A DNA stretch of 61,005 nucleotides, the filler included, from Nitrospinae bacterium RIFCSPLOWO2_12_FULL_45_22 (GTDB lineage Bacteria; 2-12-FULL-45-22), in NCBI GenBank assembly GCA_001803565.1. It is 5 parts of 5 records of this genome, joined end to end, with 100 filler letters (N's around TTAATTAATTAA, not from the genome) between each part and the next. Parts side by side here need not be neighbours in the genome. Positions count along the whole stretch, not along the records: positions 55,375 to 61,005 come from MHDQ01000316.1; 4 more parts are not named here. The stretch is one strand, 5' to 3'. Below the pieces are notes generated by a model. That model searched no databases. It worked only from the letters and a program-made list of their open reading frames with translations, and was not told the DNA's origin. The position numbers and the translations under genes are program-made. Each line of letters starts with the position of its first letter. Position 1 is the first letter of the stretch. Below, piece after piece: positions 58,511 to 61,005 of the stretch.

Positions 58511-59669
58511 CCTTGACCTCTTCATATAACTCTTTGATAGGGACTCCTAGCTTATCAGCCCCTTCCTGACAATCAGCCAACTCAGGCGAAACCTGGCACA
58601 GCCGACCATCCAGATAACCCAGCTTTACCCTCATCGGCCCATAACGGGTCTCGATAATTTTTATCTCCCGGGCCAGTTTCTTTCTCTGAGCTTGATAGAG
58701 CCTTACTCCCAACGTGGTACTCTCTTCAAATAAAGCACAGATAAGCCGGTCGCGTTCGAGGTAGTCAGATAGGATAGTAAGTTTTACGGCGGGGCGGCCC
58801 TTTTTCATAGTTATAGGGGTAAGGGTAACATCCAGGGCGCCCTGCTGCTGCAGCCTGTCCATAATATGCGGGTAAAACTCGGGGTTCATATTATCAATAT
58901 TAGTCTCGATTACGGTCACCTCATCTTCTTGCAAAGTAGCTAAGGACTCACCCTGGATCAGCCTCAGCAGGTTGGGCTTTTCCGGGATATCCCGGGAGCC
59001 GGCACCGCAGCCAAATCTCTCTACCCGCATTAAGGGCATAGGAGAAAATTGCTGGGCAAGGGTAGTAATGATAGCTGCACCGGTGGGAGTCGTTAATTCA
59101 TACTGACTTGGGGAACCATATGCTGGTATGCCTTTCAGTAGCTCCAGGGTAGCTGGTGCTGGTACTGGAAGAGTCCCGTGACAGGTACTAATAAAGCCAC
59201 TGCCCAGGTTAAGGGGTGAGGATATGACCTTTTGGCATCCCAGTAGCCCGAGACCCAGCACTGCTCCTACTATGTCTATTATGGTATCAATTCCTCCCAG
59301 CTCGTGGAAATGCACCTCTTCCATCCTTACTCCATGGACTTTAGCTTCTGCTTCAGCCAGGCGTTTTACTATCCAGAGGCTTTTTTGTTTGGGAGTTGGT
59401 TCAAGAGAGCTGGTTTCTATGAGGCTCAGTATCTGTTGGGCATTTAGAGGATGGCCAGTAGTAGCCGGATGGGCTAACCTGATCTCCAGCTTGGTACCGG
59501 TGATAGAGCCCCGGGTGGTTTTATGCGCTGACAGGTGGTATTCCGGCAGATTCAGATGCTGTTTCAACTGGGCTTCCAGCCCTTCTACCGAGAGGCCCAG
59601 GTCTATCATCGCCCCTAAGATCATATCACCACTAATGCCAGAAAAGGCATCTACATAAAGGAGATTCAT
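58467..59669 (-). CDS. larC: Nickel pincer cofactor biosynthesis protein LarC
   Basis: SGISGDM..GA..DLG, VHFHE.G..D.I.DI, HG.LPVPAPAT, TPTGAA, ETNID and MKKGRP motifs. Confidence 0.94.
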   Translation of the reverse strand: MNLLYVDAFSGISGDMILGAMIDLGLSVEGLEAQLKQHLNLPEYHLSAHKTTRGSITGTKLEIRLAHPATTGHPLNAQQILSLIETSSLEPTPKQKSLWIVKRLAEAEAKVHGVRMEEVHFHELGGIDTIIDIVGAVLGLGLLGCQKVISSPLNLGSGFISTCHGTLPVPAPATLELLKGIPAYGSPSQYELTTPTGAAIITTLAQQFSPMPLMRVERFGCGAGSRDIPEKPNLLRLIQGESLATLQEDEVTVIETNIDNMNPEFYPHIMDRLQQQGALDVTLTPITMKKGRPAVKLTILSDYLERDRLICALFEESTTLGVRLYQAQRKKLAREIKIIETRYGPMRVKLGYLDGRLCQVSPELADCQEGADKLGVPIKELYEEVKATARRLLADPCPEG

Positions 59670-59702
59670 TTATTCACCTGTACTTTCGCACTTCTTCATC
59701 AG

Positions 59703-60467
59703 TTATTCATCATGCTCGCCCAAGATATTGATCTTATGGGCCAGGTAGCCAGCGCCAAAGCCATTATCTATATTGACCGTAGCTACTCCGGTGGCACAGG
59801 TATTCAGCATGGTAAGCAGCGAGGCTAAACCAGCAAAATTTGCCCCATAGCCGACACTCGTCGGTACTGCAATAATTGGTTTGTCTACCAACCCCCCTAA
59901 GACACTAGCCAACGCCCCATCCATACCCGCTACCACAATTATTACCCGGGCCTCACCTAACAACGCCCTCTTATCCAGGAGGCGATGGATACCAGCAACC
60001 CCTACATCGTACAATTTTTCTGCCGTACTACCCAGGGTTTGGGCAGTTACCAATGCCTCTTCTGCTACCGGTATATCGGCGGTACCGGCCGTGATAATCA
60101 AGACCTTCCCCTGGGTCTTTTTCCTCTCTCCCTCTGGTTCTATAACAATAGTTCTGGCCAGGGGATTATACTGGGCTCTGGGATTGATCTTCTTTACTTG
60201 CTCATATATCCTGGAATTGGCTCTGGTTGCTAATATAGTACTCCCTACGGCTGACATCCGCTCTACGATCTGGCAGATTTGCTCAATAGTCTTACCCGGG
60301 CAATAAATCACCTCAGGAAACCCTTTGCGTAAGTCGCGATGATGATCAATCTGGGCAAAGCCCAAATCCTCATAAGGGAGCTTTCTTAATGCCTCCAGGG
60401 CTTCCTCGGGTTGAATTTTTTGCTGGTATAATGTCTCTAGTAACTTCTTCAGAGAATCTCTATTCAT
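59703..60467 (-). CDS. larB: Nickel pincer cofactor biosynthesis protein LarB
   Basis: DHHR..RKGFPEV, AGTAD.PVAEEA, DVGVAGIHRL, PTSVGYG and VNIDNGFGA motifs. Confidence 0.95.
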   Translation of the reverse strand: MNRDSLKKLLETLYQQKIQPEEALEALRKLPYEDLGFAQIDHHRDLRKGFPEVIYCPGKTIEQICQIVERMSAVGSTILATRANSRIYEQVKKINPRAQYNPLARTIVIEPEGERKKTQGKVLIITAGTADIPVAEEALVTAQTLGSTAEKLYDVGVAGIHRLLDKRALLGEARVIIVVAGMDGALASVLGGLVDKPIIAVPTSVGYGANFAGLASLLTMLNTCATGVATVNIDNGFGAGYLAHKINILGEHDE

Positions 60468-60643
60468 TTTGTCCCTTTTTAGTGCTCTTTCGTGTCAATT
60501 CGTGGCTAAACAGTTACAAGATTTGAAACCAATAGACAGTGAGTAAGTTTTCAATTATAATTAGTTATTGCTTCCGCTGTCAACTTTCAGGTGCTAAAGA
60601 AATGGTCATTATCAGAACGCAAAATACTCTAGACAAAATACTG

Positions 60644-61005
60644 ATGGACAAGGATATTGATCGAAGGGGATTTATCCAATTAGGGTTGAAGGCAGCCATG
60701 GCCCTGCCCTTACTGGGCAGTGTAACAGGGCTGCCAGGTAGAGAGGGAGAGGTACCAGATTTGGTTATAGTGAAAGGTAAATCGGCCGAGGCTATAACCA
60801 GGCTAGCTATTAATACCCTGGGTGGTATGAAGCGATTTGTATCCCGAGGTGATGTAGTAGTTATTAAGCCTAACATGGGTTGGGATAGGGTGCCAGAGCA
60901 AGCCGCTAATACCAACCCCCAGGTGATAAAGGCTCTAGTAGAGATGACTTATTCAGCGGGGGCTAAGCTGGTCAAGGTATTCGATAATACCTGCAATGAT
61001 CCCCG
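60644..61005 (+). CDS. Tat-signal DUF362 domain protein (partial, runs off the window; not in the ORF track)
   Basis: MDKDIDRRGFIQLG twin-arginine leader, then LGGMKRFVSRGDVVVIKPNMGWDR..EQAANTNP. Confidence 0.88.
   Translation, partial: MDKDIDRRGFIQLGLKAAMALPLLGSVTGLPGREGEVPDLVIVKGKSAEAITRLAINTLGGMKRFVSRGDVVVIKPNMGWDRVPEQAANTNPQVIKALVEMTYSAGAKLVKVFDNTCNDP

Overview
This window is not one continuous locus. It contains five assembly contigs (1-12518, 12619-23926, 24027-35276, 35377-55274, 55375-61005) joined by 100-nt N/TTAATTAATTAA/N spacers, so adjacency across spacers carries no meaning. Gene content suggests an anaerobic diderm bacterium, probably Desulfobacterota- or Nitrospinota-like (inference). 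Contig 1 holds mreBCD-mrdA-rodA, a TIGR03960/TIGR03936 radical SAM fusion, the start of RNase E/G, a PpiD-like chaperone, ilvE and a pile-up of inverted-repeat elements. Contig 2 holds an OYE-like flavoprotein, then cooC-cooF-cooS followed by a NuoE/NuoF/short-NuoG-like (HydCBA/BfuCBA-like) module and cobO; this is a candidate electron-bifurcating CO dehydrogenase. It ends with a cassette-like gene encoding a nucleoside-deoxyribosyltransferase/TIR-like effector. Contig 3 holds a DUF362 gene, a DEDDh exonuclease-WYL fusion and an MBL hydrolase. These are followed by what looks like a decapitated integron: an integrase C-terminal remnant, a mutated core site, and attC-bounded cassettes carrying an unusual R + M-S restriction system and TA pairs. 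A Mo-bisPGD oxidoreductase ends the contig. Contig 4 holds a YpdA-like reductase, a second mreB with a GAF-GAF-degenerate GGDEF partner, uvrC, rpoH, degQ, ftsH, mtnA and another TA/cassette scar. Contig 5 holds queC, a bacterial Clp1-like kinase, larC/larB and a Tat-signal DUF362 gene. Intergenic DNA is rich in MITEs (including GTAAC-ended elements with exact 8-bp target duplications) and in nested 7-/9-mer inverted tandem repeats. No rRNA, tRNA or CRISPR array was recognised. All calls come from motif recognition by eye; no searches were run.
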